Assembly (NCBI GenBank): GCA_009859145.1
Contig: VRVR01000023.1
Coordinates: 255,494 to 319,493, forward strand
Direction of reading: 5' to 3'
DNA: 64,000 nt
Source of the DNA: Andalucia godoyi And28
Lineage: Eukaryota > Protista > Jakobida
Shown one piece after another: positions 40,020 through 50,501 of the stretch. Under the pieces are notes generated by a model. It saw only the letters and a list, made by a program, of their open reading frames with translations, was not told where the DNA came from and searched no databases. Position 1 is the first letter of the stretch, and every line of letters starts with the position of its first letter. The translations under genes and the position numbers were made by a program.

Positions 40020-40491
40020 TTTCTTCGTTCGCAGTTCTCAGAAGTCACAGAAACACCATTTGTGCAGAAATGTCGCGCGGGAAAAAGCGAGAGAACGCGG
40101 AAGAATCGTGCAAGCGGACTCCGGCGTTTCCCCCTCTGTTTTTTCCGATATATATGTATATACAACTGGTGTTTTTTTATTACGGCAGGCAAGGTTCCTG
40201 CTGGAAGAGCTCGCACGGATGACAGCCCAGGGGCAGTTCAAGGACGGTTGTTACAATATTCAACTCGAAGACATGAACCGCACATGAAACCGTGGCAGCA
40301 GCATACAAGAAACGGACCAGGAGGAACTGGACGACGTACTTGTTTCCTTTGTCGTGGGTTGAAATACTGCACGCGCCTCTTGTTTCGGGGTTCATCCTTC
40401 TTTTGTTTTTTTCATCTGTACTTTAATTTAAACACACCCAACACACAGCAATAACGGTAAGAGGAATATAATTTCGGAGAATACTCAAAAA

Positions 40492-41562
40492 ATGGCTGGG
40501 ACTGACGTGAAGGAGAGTGAGGGAATGGTCGTTGCAGATACCAGCAAGTTTGTGCTGAACGACAATGAGATGCGTCGTCCGACGCTAAATGTAGGCCGTC
40601 GGGTGTCGAACATCATCAATTCGATCCAGAACAAGGCAAAGATGGCTGCCGACTCGATCAAGGAGCATCAGGAGTTGCCGCAAGTCGGCTCTCGAGCCAA
40701 CACGCTGAATGCCCAGTACGACATTCAGGAAGCCGCCGACGAAGTGACGCTGAACTTGCAGCGACCTGCCGCCAGCCAGCAGGATTCGTCTGCCGCAGAC
40801 GAGTCTCGTAATGCAGACGGGAATTGGACTGCAGATTCGCGTTCATTGATCGATATTCACGACGAGAAGGTTGCCAATTACAGCGCCGATCAGAAGCTGC
40901 CTTTGTATGACAGAATTGCAAAGGAGATGTACCGCGTGTTGTCCACCCGATCATTGCAGTCGATGGGATGGGCAATGCATCATGTTCAGTATGCAATCCA
41001 GTTTGCGATTGCATCGTACGAAGCGATTGTGGAGAAGTGGCAACGAGCATGCCGCCAGGCGGATGGAGTTGAGGAAGCTGCGCCTGGACAGAAACGAATG
41101 CTTCTTGCGCGCATTCTCCCTCCTCGTCACAAGCGTCAGATGATGCTGATTCATTTGCAAGAAGCCGTTATCATTGCAATCTCCGTTGCAATTGCGCGCC
41201 GAATTGTCCTTCGCCTCTTTTTCCGCCGGTCAAAGGGTCTGACCGCAAGCGGCGGACATGAGCAGTTCATGGGAATCATGGGGAAAGTCCGGCTCGCTTT
41301 GATTGTTGCGGCAATTCGAGCGGCGGTGTCCGAGTTTGTAGAAGAGAGCTTTGAGCCCGAAAAGAAGGCGGGGGTCTCACTTGCATCGATTGCCAAGAGT
41401 CTCAAGAATGCGGACTCCATCTCGGACAACGTCGCCAGCAAGGTAGGGTCGTCACTGTTTCCAGATACCGCAGACACAGACACCCCAGTGAGCAACGAGC
41501 GGAAATTTGAAAAACTCCCTCCCCCTTCGTCTTCTCCCTCTTTGGACTCCGCCGCTCTCTAA
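40492..41562 (+). CDS. Uncharacterised protein (356 aa) with two hydrophobic/amphipathic C-terminal helices
   Basis: ATG-initiated ORF with AAAATG context; no family recognised. Confidence 0.7.
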   Translation: MAGTDVKESEGMVVADTSKFVLNDNEMRRPTLNVGRRVSNIINSIQNKAKMAADSIKEHQELPQVGSRANTLNAQYDIQEAADEVTLNLQRPAASQQDSSAADESRNADGNWTADSRSLIDIHDEKVANYSADQKLPLYDRIAKEMYRVLSTRSLQSMGWAMHHVQYAIQFAIASYEAIVEKWQRACRQADGVEEAAPGQKRMLLARILPPRHKRQMMLIHLQEAVIIAISVAIARRIVLRLFFRRSKGLTASGGHEQFMGIMGKVRLALIVAAIRAAVSEFVEESFEPEKKAGVSLASIAKSLKNADSISDNVASKVGSSLFPDTADTDTPVSNERKFEKLPPPSSSPSLDSAAL

Positions 41563-41870
41563 ATTTATATCTGAAATCCCAAACACAGGTTTGGTGAAGA
41601 AAAATCGTTTGTACAAAAAAAATATATAAAAAAAGTGAATAATCTGCTGTAGACGTTTCCCGCCGTCAAAGCGCGTTTTCGTGTTTGCGCTCCGAAATTC
41701 AAATCGGAGGAGGTTTAACAATCCTACGTTTTCCCCCTTCCAACATTCAAAAAAAGTCTCTTTCCGCTTCATTTCCGTTCATTTTCTTTCCTACCGAAAT
41801 CTCAACTCTCAGCTCTCAATTTTCATTCTGCGAATCTGCGAATCTCTCTTTTCTTACAAGGCAGTGCAGA

Positions 41871-43562
41871 ATGTTCTTCTCGACGAATGTGCTGACCAAG
41901 AAGGGTCCGTTAGCGAGGATCTGGATTGCAGCATTTGAAGCTCGGTCTCTGAAGCGTCCAGAGATCACGAGTACTGACATTGAAGAATCCGTCGAGTCGA
42001 TTATGAATCCAGACGTTCCTATTGCGCTGCGTACTTCCGGCCACTTGTTGCTTGGAGTAGTTCGTATCCACTCGAAGAAGATCGACTTTCTGTTGCAAGA
42101 CGCAGTCGATGCAAAATTGAAAGTCCAGATTTCAGTGGTCCGTGTTGCTTCGTCTGCAATGACTGCGCTCTCGCTCTCGAAAACAACTTCCAAACGAGCC
42201 GCAGTGACTTTGGCGTTGCAGGAACTGCCAGCATCCTTTGCGACCTGGGATGTCGATATCACCGCGCTTCCTGCATTCGCCTTGCATGACCATTCCGAGG
42301 TTTTGATGAACAGTTCAACAAGCCAAGCGACGGCCGCAGGAGCAGCAGGAGCATTGCACCAGAAGAATGTCTCGTTTGTAGGGTTTGGAGCTGAAAGTGT
42401 AGACAGGAGTTTCGAGGACGAGCATCTGAGTGTGTACGATACGTCCAGACAGTCACTAACAGAGCAAGAAGCAACGCAATCCATGGGCATTCGGTATGAC
42501 ACGGGGGGCTTCACAGACATTGAGGAGCCAGAAATGCTCCGTGCTGGTGAAGTTGAGATGGCAAGGTTTGATGGGGGAGCCGAAGAACTCGGCTTTGGAA
42601 TGGACGAAGACTTTGCACCCAATCCGATTGCCAAGGATGCAGCGGAATCCATTCCCGATTTCGACACATCCATGCACGACCTATCGATTCAAGGTCCCAC
42701 CAGTAGCAGTGTGGTGGGTGGAATCCGAGGGAGTTCCGCTCCTGCAGCTGTCGCTCCTCATCCTCCATCGTCTGCTTCTGGAATTACGGAGCGAAGAAAA
42801 TTGGCTTCAAAGCGGAAGCGCAACGTTCCAGACTCCGTCACAGAATTGGACTCCAAGAGAATGAGAGATATGATCAAAGACCCGTCGGCTCTCGTGAGAA
42901 CATTCACAATACAAGATGTACTTGGTGAGTCCGACAGGGCCGTCAAGCGCAGACGTCTGGACGCATTGCCGAGCGTGGATGCGATGGCGATTTCTGGCTC
43001 CATCCTTTTGCAGCAAGAACTTGCAAAAATGATGAGGTTATCTGCTGTTTCAAGCGCCGTTTCCATTGACGGTGACGTGTCCACTCGCTTGGACGAATCT
43101 GTGGAGGAATTCCGCGGAGAACACATTACTGAGTCTGTCATGGTTCCCAGCTCCCCTGGCGTCCATCCGCCAGACACGTCAAAGGACGCTGCAGTCGAAT
43201 TCCAGGAGTCGCAAGACATTTCGCATGACGATCGTCCGTCTGCGCTGAGCTTTGTCGACGAGGAGCTAGGGTTTGGAATGGAAGATGAAAGTGCATCTGC
43301 ATTCCGCCATTCTCCATCCAATACTGTACAGTACGAGTCCCTCTCTGCATTGCTTAATGCAAAGTCTCTTGATGACAGTATTGATTTCGCGAATGCTGTT
43401 TCCAAGATCGGAACACCGGCATCCAGACGAGCTCGAGCAGCCAAGGCGTTTTACCACATGCTAATCCTGCAGTCGCAGGGTGTGATTGAGACCCGTCAGG
43501 CTCATGTTTTTGGCAACATTTCCATGCGTCGTGTGCGTGCCGTTCCAGAAGTGAGTGCCTGA
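41871..43562 (+). CDS. RAD21: Cohesin alpha-kleisin RAD21/SCC1 (Rec8 not excluded)
   Basis: MFFSTNVLTKKGPLARIWIAA..IALRTSGHLLLGVVRIHSKK N-terminal domain; C-terminal winged helix RRARAAKAFYHMLIL..GVIETRQAHVFGNI; ATG at 41871. Confidence 0.9.
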   Translation: MFFSTNVLTKKGPLARIWIAAFEARSLKRPEITSTDIEESVESIMNPDVPIALRTSGHLLLGVVRIHSKKIDFLLQDAVDAKLKVQISVVRVASSAMTALSLSKTTSKRAAVTLALQELPASFATWDVDITALPAFALHDHSEVLMNSSTSQATAAGAAGALHQKNVSFVGFGAESVDRSFEDEHLSVYDTSRQSLTEQEATQSMGIRYDTGGFTDIEEPEMLRAGEVEMARFDGGAEELGFGMDEDFAPNPIAKDAAESIPDFDTSMHDLSIQGPTSSSVVGGIRGSSAPAAVAPHPPSSASGITERRKLASKRKRNVPDSVTELDSKRMRDMIKDPSALVRTFTIQDVLGESDRAVKRRRLDALPSVDAMAISGSILLQQELAKMMRLSAVSSAVSIDGDVSTRLDESVEEFRGEHITESVMVPSSPGVHPPDTSKDAAVEFQESQDISHDDRPSALSFVDEELGFGMEDESASAFRHSPSNTVQYESLSALLNAKSLDDSIDFANAVSKIGTPASRRARAAKAFYHMLILQSQGVIETRQAHVFGNISMRRVRAVPEVSA

Positions 43563-43716
43563 GATGAAAGGCAAGTCAAGACAGGGACAGAACAGCGCAA
43601 AATATGCTCCCGAAAAAATGATAATATCAGCATGTTTTCTTAATTATTGAAGTGAAATTGGACAACAACAAAACCGATAGCGATAATATTTTCCGACGTG
43701 TTTCTTTCCTTGTTTA

Positions 43717-46233
43717 TTACAAGTCTATTTGGTCTCCTGCAGCCGGGGTCCTCAAAATCTTGGTTCGGGATCCAAAAGCGCCGGCATACTCCGCGAGGGG
43801 ATCCGAACCAATGTTGTTCCCGGAAGACTGGAGCTTCTCGAGAGCTTTTCGCGACGGTTGGGGGGCTCCCGAAACCGGTTGACGAGCAGCAGTCGCCTGA
43901 GCCGGACCAGAAGATGACGGCGGCGCGGCGCGAGAACGAGCGTCACCACCATTTTGTCTAGGAGTGGACGGTCTGACCGGCGGCCGATCCCCAGAGCGCA
44001 CAGATACGGTGGAATTCACACGAGACACCGATGTTCCTGCAAACTCCTTCAGAAGCTCCTCACCCTGGACTTCGTCGGCAACGGGCTGCAATGTTTCATC
44101 TTCATCATCATCAAACTCGTCATACTCTCCTTCTCGAACCAATTCGCTGTCTTCCGCCGTGTCATCGGCTGCGTCGTCATCGTCGTCGTACTGCTCTTGA
44201 TTCTCCGTCGGCGCATTCTTGTCCTCCAGTTCGAGTTGCTGCAGGACGTATTCCAGCTGCTGCTGCTGATGATCATCGCCACGATCCATCAGCAGCGACA
44301 GCAAATCTCCCAGCCCGAGACCCCGGGCGCGTTCACGAATGGACCCGACAGTCAAAATAGAGTACAGCATCCCATTGACATATGTGCGAACCTGAGGGTT
44401 GTCGTACTCCAGTAGATCCATCAGCGTCAACAGAAGTCCGTCTCCGACTTCGTCGCACTTCCGCTTACCGTCAAAACGAAGCGCAAGATTCATCAGCAGC
44501 GCCGTCGCGTACTCAACCGAGTATTCGGAGAGATTTTCAGTGTTCTTCAGGAACCCGACGAGCCACTTGATCACATCTCGTCGTACCATCTCTGCTTGTG
44601 CACGGCGACGTAGCGAGCACTTCTGCAGAGCGCCTAAGGCATTTCTCAACAACGGCGTCTCGCTGTCTTGTGCTTTCAGAATTCGACACAGCTCGACAAT
44701 GAGGGGCAAAGGAGGCATTTCGGGTTCTGCGCCTCTGACATTTTTCACCACCGCTGAAAAGACAAGGTACAAGCGGCCTGCAGAATGGCACGAGACCACG
44801 TTGATGAAGCGAACGAGAGACTCTACGAGAATGGGCGAGCTTGACCGCAGCAGTTCCACAATAAGGCGTCGTGGCTTTGTCGCCGCGGTCTCTCCAGGAG
44901 GCGCACCTTGAACAGACACGCGGTCAATGACGTTCACGCCCAGAACATCCTGTTGCAGCATTCCAAGAAAGATGTGTCTTCTGTCGTGGCCAGGTCTGGC
45001 CGCCATGATGCGCCATCGCAGAGCCTGAAGCAGCAGAGCAATTTCTCGATCCAAGCCCTTTCGAAATCGCAGATGGACCGCTTCAAAATTAATGGAAAAC
45101 GCTGCCTGCGGAGGTGCCCCTCCCGTCACGACAGAGCGGTAGCTCTGCCGATCGCCTCCGGAGCCATTGGAAAAGGAAGAAGCCGCACTGCTTGCAGCCA
45201 TGCCTGCGCCAACTCCCGAGCTTGCCGCACCAGACGAGGAACCACTGGCGACAGGGGCGGTGGCACTGCTTGCGGATGCTGGAACAGGAACACCGCGCTG
45301 CTCAATGAGCCGGAGTCGAAGAATGAAGTCGTCCACCGTTGATCTCCCGACTAGCGTCCCCTTCGAAGCCTTGTCCAACTGCGCAATCAGATCGTGTGCG
45401 ATGGACAGGATTTTCTCCATTTTATCATGATCAACAGCAGCAGAGTGCGACGGAGAGAGAGAACTGCTCGCGGTAGCAGTCGTGGTAATCGAACTTCCCA
45501 TTCCGTTGCCGCCGCTTCCTTTGGAGTCCATGACAGGAGAAGACGACCTTGATGGTGCCGGTGAGCGCTTGGCATGGGATTGCTGCACTTGCCAGCCTGT
45601 GAAGCATGCGTGCAATGTTGGTTCCGGCTCTGTCGATTTCTTGTCCAAATTTTCAGAAATAAATTGCTCCAGTAACGATCGAAGAGCCGACAGCCATTCT
45701 GGCTGAAACAGCCTTGAGAAAGATGGGTGGGACCTCGGATTGCTGACAAACGGCAGCGCAAAATACGGCAGCAGCTCGGCATTCGACACAAACTTTGATG
45801 AATATTGCTCGATGAAATGTCGAAACTGCCCCATGCAGATTGCCATGGACCTGGTGCTCGTTGTGTCGTCATCCAAGAGAGGCTGTATTGCGAAGTAGGC
45901 GTGCAGCTCAATAAGCAATTTCCACGGAACCTTTGAGGACGCCAGTCCAACGTTTGGATAGAGAAAGAGAGAGTCGAAGAGGAAGAAGAAGGAGCTGGCG
46001 TCGCCGCGCTCGAAGCTCTCCATCATTTGCTGCTTTTGAATCTCAGAAAGCGAGCCAAGCGCCAGGACTCCAGGGGACGGCACAATGTCGGCCTTTTCCG
46101 CAACCTCTTCCGAAAACACCTTCGAAGCCTTTACGTAGTTGTGGAAGTTCAAATACTCGAGAACAATGGAATTGATTTGTCGGCGCAGACCCATTGGCGA
46201 CTCTAGTCGCAGAGGGCTCGTAGAACTATCCAT
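43717..46233 (-). CDS. ARMC9: LisH and armadillo-repeat protein ARMC9
   Basis: LisH INSIVLEYLNFHNYVKASKVFSEE; LPYFALPFVSNPRSHPSF, LLQALRWRI, ALGALQKCSLRRRAQ, EYATALLMNLALR, YVNGMLYSIL. Confidence 0.9.
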   Translation of the reverse strand: MDSSTSPLRLESPMGLRRQINSIVLEYLNFHNYVKASKVFSEEVAEKADIVPSPGVLALGSLSEIQKQQMMESFERGDASSFFFLFDSLFLYPNVGLASSKVPWKLLIELHAYFAIQPLLDDDTTSTRSMAICMGQFRHFIEQYSSKFVSNAELLPYFALPFVSNPRSHPSFSRLFQPEWLSALRSLLEQFISENLDKKSTEPEPTLHACFTGWQVQQSHAKRSPAPSRSSSPVMDSKGSGGNGMGSSITTTATASSSLSPSHSAAVDHDKMEKILSIAHDLIAQLDKASKGTLVGRSTVDDFILRLRLIEQRGVPVPASASSATAPVASGSSSGAASSGVGAGMAASSAASSFSNGSGGDRQSYRSVVTGGAPPQAAFSINFEAVHLRFRKGLDREIALLLQALRWRIMAARPGHDRRHIFLGMLQQDVLGVNVIDRVSVQGAPPGETAATKPRRLIVELLRSSSPILVESLVRFINVVSCHSAGRLYLVFSAVVKNVRGAEPEMPPLPLIVELCRILKAQDSETPLLRNALGALQKCSLRRRAQAEMVRRDVIKWLVGFLKNTENLSEYSVEYATALLMNLALRFDGKRKCDEVGDGLLLTLMDLLEYDNPQVRTYVNGMLYSILTVGSIRERARGLGLGDLLSLLMDRGDDHQQQQLEYVLQQLELEDKNAPTENQEQYDDDDDAADDTAEDSELVREGEYDEFDDDEDETLQPVADEVQGEELLKEFAGTSVSRVNSTVSVRSGDRPPVRPSTPRQNGGDARSRAAPPSSSGPAQATAARQPVSGAPQPSRKALEKLQSSGNNIGSDPLAEYAGAFGSRTKILRTPAAGDQIDL

Positions 46234-46369
46234 CCCAGGCAGCAAACAAAAAAGCACGATCGGTCGCTCGAGTGAATATTATAGAAGAAGCAGAAGAAAG
46301 AAGAAAGAAGAAGAAGAAGAAGAAGTAAGAAGATGAAGATGGGAAAACAAAAGAATCGGCCGTTGCAAC

Positions 46370-46606
46370 TTATTGCGATATGCTGAAGCAATCTAAAGCG
46401 CACGTAAACAAAACCACTGCCACGCTCCATGCGCATGCGTTTGCTATCTTGGCAACTCCGTCGCGCGATGCCCGATTCGTTTCGCCTCCCATTTTGATCA
46501 TGAAAGCCTTATACATACGCCGCCGCGTTGCATTACGCATGTTGTTGGGTTGCAACATCGATTATGGGTGATCAGCGTTGATTATCCATGGTTAGTGTAC
46601 AATGTA
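46370..46606 (-). repeat. Dispersed ~238-bp repeat, copy B (inverted relative to copy A)
   Basis: Reverse complement matches 34533-34771 at ~93%. Confidence 0.92.
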
Positions 46607-47024
46607 AGCGTGCAAAGTTTTGACCGCAATTAAAACGCAAAAAACATTTGATCGCACAGCTTTAACGGAAAAAATGCTCCAGCATTCAATCGATTGGGAA
46701 GGGTGCTTTGAGTTCCGACAAGTTTATTAAATTAATAAAATAAAATAAAATTATGTGATTGCAGAAGAGGGCTTTGCATCCACGAGACACAGGCCCGCAA
46801 TAAAGTCAGTATTGCAGCAATGCACGAGGAAGCAAACCCCCCTCCCCCCAATGGTATCAGCCGCCAAAATAAAAATAAAAAACAGTCGGGAGGGGATAGT
46901 TGCAGTTTTCCTGCGCACACACACGATACGTTGCAGGGCCGAAACATCCACACACCCACGGAGACACACATATCGGTAAAAATCAATGGGGCACATGCTA
47001 TTCAAGAACGCTTCTGGGCGGGCA

Positions 47025-47915
47025 TCACGTTGCAATTTTGTCTAGAAACGCGCGAAAATGGTTCGAGAAATCTTCATCACTCAGCTTCTCGAGAGCATGC
47101 ACGACTTGCGGGTGCGCAAGATGGCCGACCAGAAACTCCAGTTTTGACATTTGGGCATTCGTTCTTGGAGAGGTCTTGGGAGTGGCGCCATCCGGTCGCA
47201 TGAGCGCGGGAGCCGTCTCGACAGGCTCAGCGGAGACCCTTGAGAGACTTGGTCTTCGAGGCGGGAGAGTCAGCGGGGGAGGATTGCTGAACGGCCTGGC
47301 GGGTTTGTCAGCAGTATTCGGATGGCTTGGAGGGCGCGGATCAAAGAAAGAGGCGCCATGTTGCTGTTGCCCCGTCGCTGAGACCGGAACTGCCGCTGCC
47401 ACTGCCACTGGACCTGGAATCGTGGCTGCCGAAACACTTGAATCGGTGTGCATGAGATCACGAAGCATGAGTTCCTTGGCAAGTGCTTCATATTCCTTGC
47501 GGAGAGCATGCAGCGTGCTCGTTGTCTGGTCTCTGAATACCTTGGCGGCAGCCAGCTTCTTGTGAAGATCAATCATGTCTTCTTCGAGTTCCGCGATCAT
47601 ATCGAATGACCGGACACAGCGCTGCTGGAGATGCTGGACGTGTTCCAGGTGTTCTGCAATCCAAGACTTCAGCGGCGTTACTTCCGCGCAGTCTTTCCGA
47701 GTAAAGCACAACAGTCGCGATGTCTGAAGAAAGTCGTGGCAGCCTCCGGTGCTGGGAAACTGGCACTCAGGTTCCAGAACAAGGGTCTCGCATCGATGGG
47801 TGTCCATGGAAATGCCCAGCAGGTCTGCGCAGCTCGATTCCTCCGCAAAATGAACCTCAGGAATACGCTCAAAGCGCACGGCCCACACATACTCGAAGGA
47901 GGGCTGCAAACTCAT
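47025..47915 (-). CDS. Uncharacterised coiled-coil protein with a Pro-rich linker and small C-terminal helical domain (~296 aa)
   Basis: The ORF extends to 48296 but its upstream part crosses A-rich low-complexity sequence; ATG 47915 is the likely start. Confidence 0.62.
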   Translation of the reverse strand: MSLQPSFEYVWAVRFERIPEVHFAEESSCADLLGISMDTHRCETLVLEPECQFPSTGGCHDFLQTSRLLCFTRKDCAEVTPLKSWIAEHLEHVQHLQQRCVRSFDMIAELEEDMIDLHKKLAAAKVFRDQTTSTLHALRKEYEALAKELMLRDLMHTDSSVSAATIPGPVAVAAAVPVSATGQQQHGASFFDPRPPSHPNTADKPARPFSNPPPLTLPPRRPSLSRVSAEPVETAPALMRPDGATPKTSPRTNAQMSKLEFLVGHLAHPQVVHALEKLSDEDFSNHFRAFLDKIAT

Positions 47916-48295
47916 GGTTCTCGGCTGCGTATCGGGACCTTCTTCTTCTTTTTCTTTTCCTTCTTTATTGTTATAATAATAATTAATGATGTCATCTTTT
48001 TTTTTTTGCTGTTTCACGGAAAGAAACTCCGCAGTCCTCGGACTCAACGACCAACATCTGCAAAAGTCCGGCGAGAGAAGTACGACCGCCATCCATTTTT
48101 CAGGCAGATCCTCGATCCGCATGGATCGCACACTGTTCTTCGGAAGACTCGGCACGCAGCGAGTCCCGGAAGAGCAGGGAAGAAGAGTCAACTTTCCACC
48201 GCAACGCTGGTGCGAAAGAAAATCGGTTGGTCTAGCACAAACTCTCCCGCCCTGCGAACTCCGGGAGTAGAATATGGACAACGCGTCACATACCA

Positions 48296-48367
48296 AATAA
48301 GAATAAGAATAAGAATAAGAATAAGAATAATGATAATGATAATGATAATGATAATGATAATAGTAAT
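48296..48367. repeat. Compound hexamer microsatellite (AATAAG)5 / (GATAAT)5
   Basis: Direct read. Confidence 0.9.
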
Positions 48368-48599
48368 ATAAAATAAGTACATAAACACAAGCGACACCTT
48401 GTTAGCTACGCAAAAATGACAATCCGAAAATAACAAATTTACTTGCCACGCTGTAGACGTTGGTGCATGACGACGAGCTCTTCCAGAGACGAATGATGAT
48501 GGGCCGGATTCTTCACCGGGTTTCTTTTAGCGTTGGGATTTTTTTCAGCATTTCGATTTTCCATTCCTGGCAACCTGCGTCGTCGTGTGCCCACTGAAT

Positions 48600-49205
48600 A
48601 TGATTCCAGTTGCAGTTCCTGCAGCACTGTCCAACTATGTGTTCATGCGTCCTGTTTCGGCTCCCGAGGCCTCCCGAGAAGCATGGGGCGCAGCGATGCG
48701 CACGTGCATTGCTCCGGTAATCTCGCATTTGAAACTCTTTTCCGTTTTCCACAAATGCCAAGCCTTGAACGCATGCGGGGCCAAACACTATACATTTCTG
48801 GCAAATCAAGTCAGGATGATGTTTCCCGTATTTTCGTTCTCGGATGCGTCCTTCCTTGCGTTTCTGGGCGACTTGTGCACTCCCCACGATCCTCGCTCCC
48901 TCTATCACCGACTCGCTGGGGATCTGTTCTACATTGACAACGATAGATTGGTAGAAAACTGTCTCACACCCATTCTGGCGACCGATGCCGAAATCACGTC
49001 TGCTGTCCGTGCGTATCTTGTGTTGTGCCGCCACGCATTGCTTGACATTGGATTTGCGGAGAACACAACATGCACGACACGTTCTGCAAAACTAAAGCCA
49101 TATCTTGGCATCGTGATTGACATTATTGCAGAGAGGCTGAAGGCTCTGAAATGCGATCTTTCTGTTGATTTGGACGGGACGCTCTCTCTTCGGATTTCGT
49201 CCTAG
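48600..49205 (+). CDS. Hypothetical protein (~201 aa); start uncertain
   Basis: Longest ORF in the interval with globular-looking composition; first in-frame ATG at 48600. Confidence 0.55.
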   Translation: MIPVAVPAALSNYVFMRPVSAPEASREAWGAAMRTCIAPVISHLKLFSVFHKCQALNACGAKHYTFLANQVRMMFPVFSFSDASFLAFLGDLCTPHDPRSLYHRLAGDLFYIDNDRLVENCLTPILATDAEITSAVRAYLVLCRHALLDIGFAENTTCTTRSAKLKPYLGIVIDIIAERLKALKCDLSVDLDGTLSLRISS

Positions 49206-49592
49206 TGTCAGAACAGAGTGGCTGCATTTTTCCCCCTCCCCCTCCTTCTCACTCTCGCTCTCATGTACGTTTCGGAGACCGCCATCGCGCTCGTGTTGGG
49301 GAAGCGACTTTCGCAGAAAGCATCCTGCTGCAGGCACACCGTCCCCTGCGCAGAATATGGACATGGAGAGCCACGAAGAGACTGCACAAACACGCCATTG
49401 GACACAAGAGAAAGGGAAACAAACAAACAAACACCGCAGTTGTGCTATGAATGCCACAATGTTGTTTACAGATACGTACGAAAATCCAATACACGCAATT
49501 CCACGTCCAATCACTGAGGGCACCATTATCTTTTCTAATTCCGATTGGCGAACAATCCTGGGTTCGGTTCGGATCGGTTCTGCTGTTTGGAT

Positions 49593-50201
49593 CTACAGAA
49601 TCGAGCGCATTGCCTTGATGGTGGCGGATTCCTCGGACTCGCCAGACGGCTTGCACTTGGAAAGGATGATCTGGGGGAGGGTGAAGACGGAAACTGGCAG
49701 AGAGTCAAGCGGCTTGAACGAGACGTAGTCAACCTGCACAGAAAACACAAGGGCGTGGTCAACCTCACGGACGGGGACGGGCTTGGCTCCCTGAGTGTTC
49801 CAGAAGTCAGTCTGAGAAGACGAGCTGTCCGTCCATGACCAATGGTCGCAGGTCTGTCCAGAAATGACATCCGTGCCGACATATGCGGCATTCGAGGGGA
49901 CGGCAAGCGGGGCCAACTTTCCAGAGAGAGCACGAGTCGAGCACTCAAAGAACTTCACAATGTACTCGACACCGGTATCGTACCGCTGGATGATGGTAAG
50001 GCCTTCGTCCGGATAGCGGACGAGGTAGCGCTGGTTGGTGTAGTCGTTTGCATTCTCAAACGCAAGAAATTCCCCAGACACGGTGTTCTTCCAAGTCAGC
50101 GTTGCGTTGTAAACGGGTGCAAACACGGGAGGCGAGGGAGCTGCATATACAGAGGCGGCGGCGAGGCCAAGGATAACAGCAAGAGCAGTGAAGGTACGCA
50201 T
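49593..50201 (-). CDS. Secreted ependymin-related (EPDR/LolA-fold-like) protein, 202 aa
   Basis: Signal peptide MRTFTALAVILGLAAASVYA; NDYTNQRY, YDTGVEY..C, VPSNAAYVG..CDHW and C-terminal F..P..C spacing resemble ependymin-related proteins. Confidence 0.62.
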   Translation of the reverse strand: MRTFTALAVILGLAAASVYAAPSPPVFAPVYNATLTWKNTVSGEFLAFENANDYTNQRYLVRYPDEGLTIIQRYDTGVEYIVKFFECSTRALSGKLAPLAVPSNAAYVGTDVISGQTCDHWSWTDSSSSQTDFWNTQGAKPVPVREVDHALVFSVQVDYVSFKPLDSLPVSVFTLPQIILSKCKPSGESEESATIKAMRSIL

Positions 50202-50501
50202 TGTCGGTGATAAAGCGAAACGAATCCAAAGAAGAAAGAAAAAGAAAAGCGGAGAAGGAAAAAGAAAAGCGGAGAAAGAAAAAAAAAAAAATGGAGGACG
50301 GATGGAGAAAGGAAAAGAAAAATGGGCGGAACGAGAAAACAAACGACCTGCACGGAGGAGGCCATTTTTAAAAAGTCTGCCAGAGAGAGGGGCAATTTCC
50401 CGATAGCCTTCCATAACCTCATTAGATGTGTACCGGCTAATCCCACTGCGAAATCCCAAAAAAAAACGAAAACAGACATGCCTACAACAGGCAATTACAT
50501 T

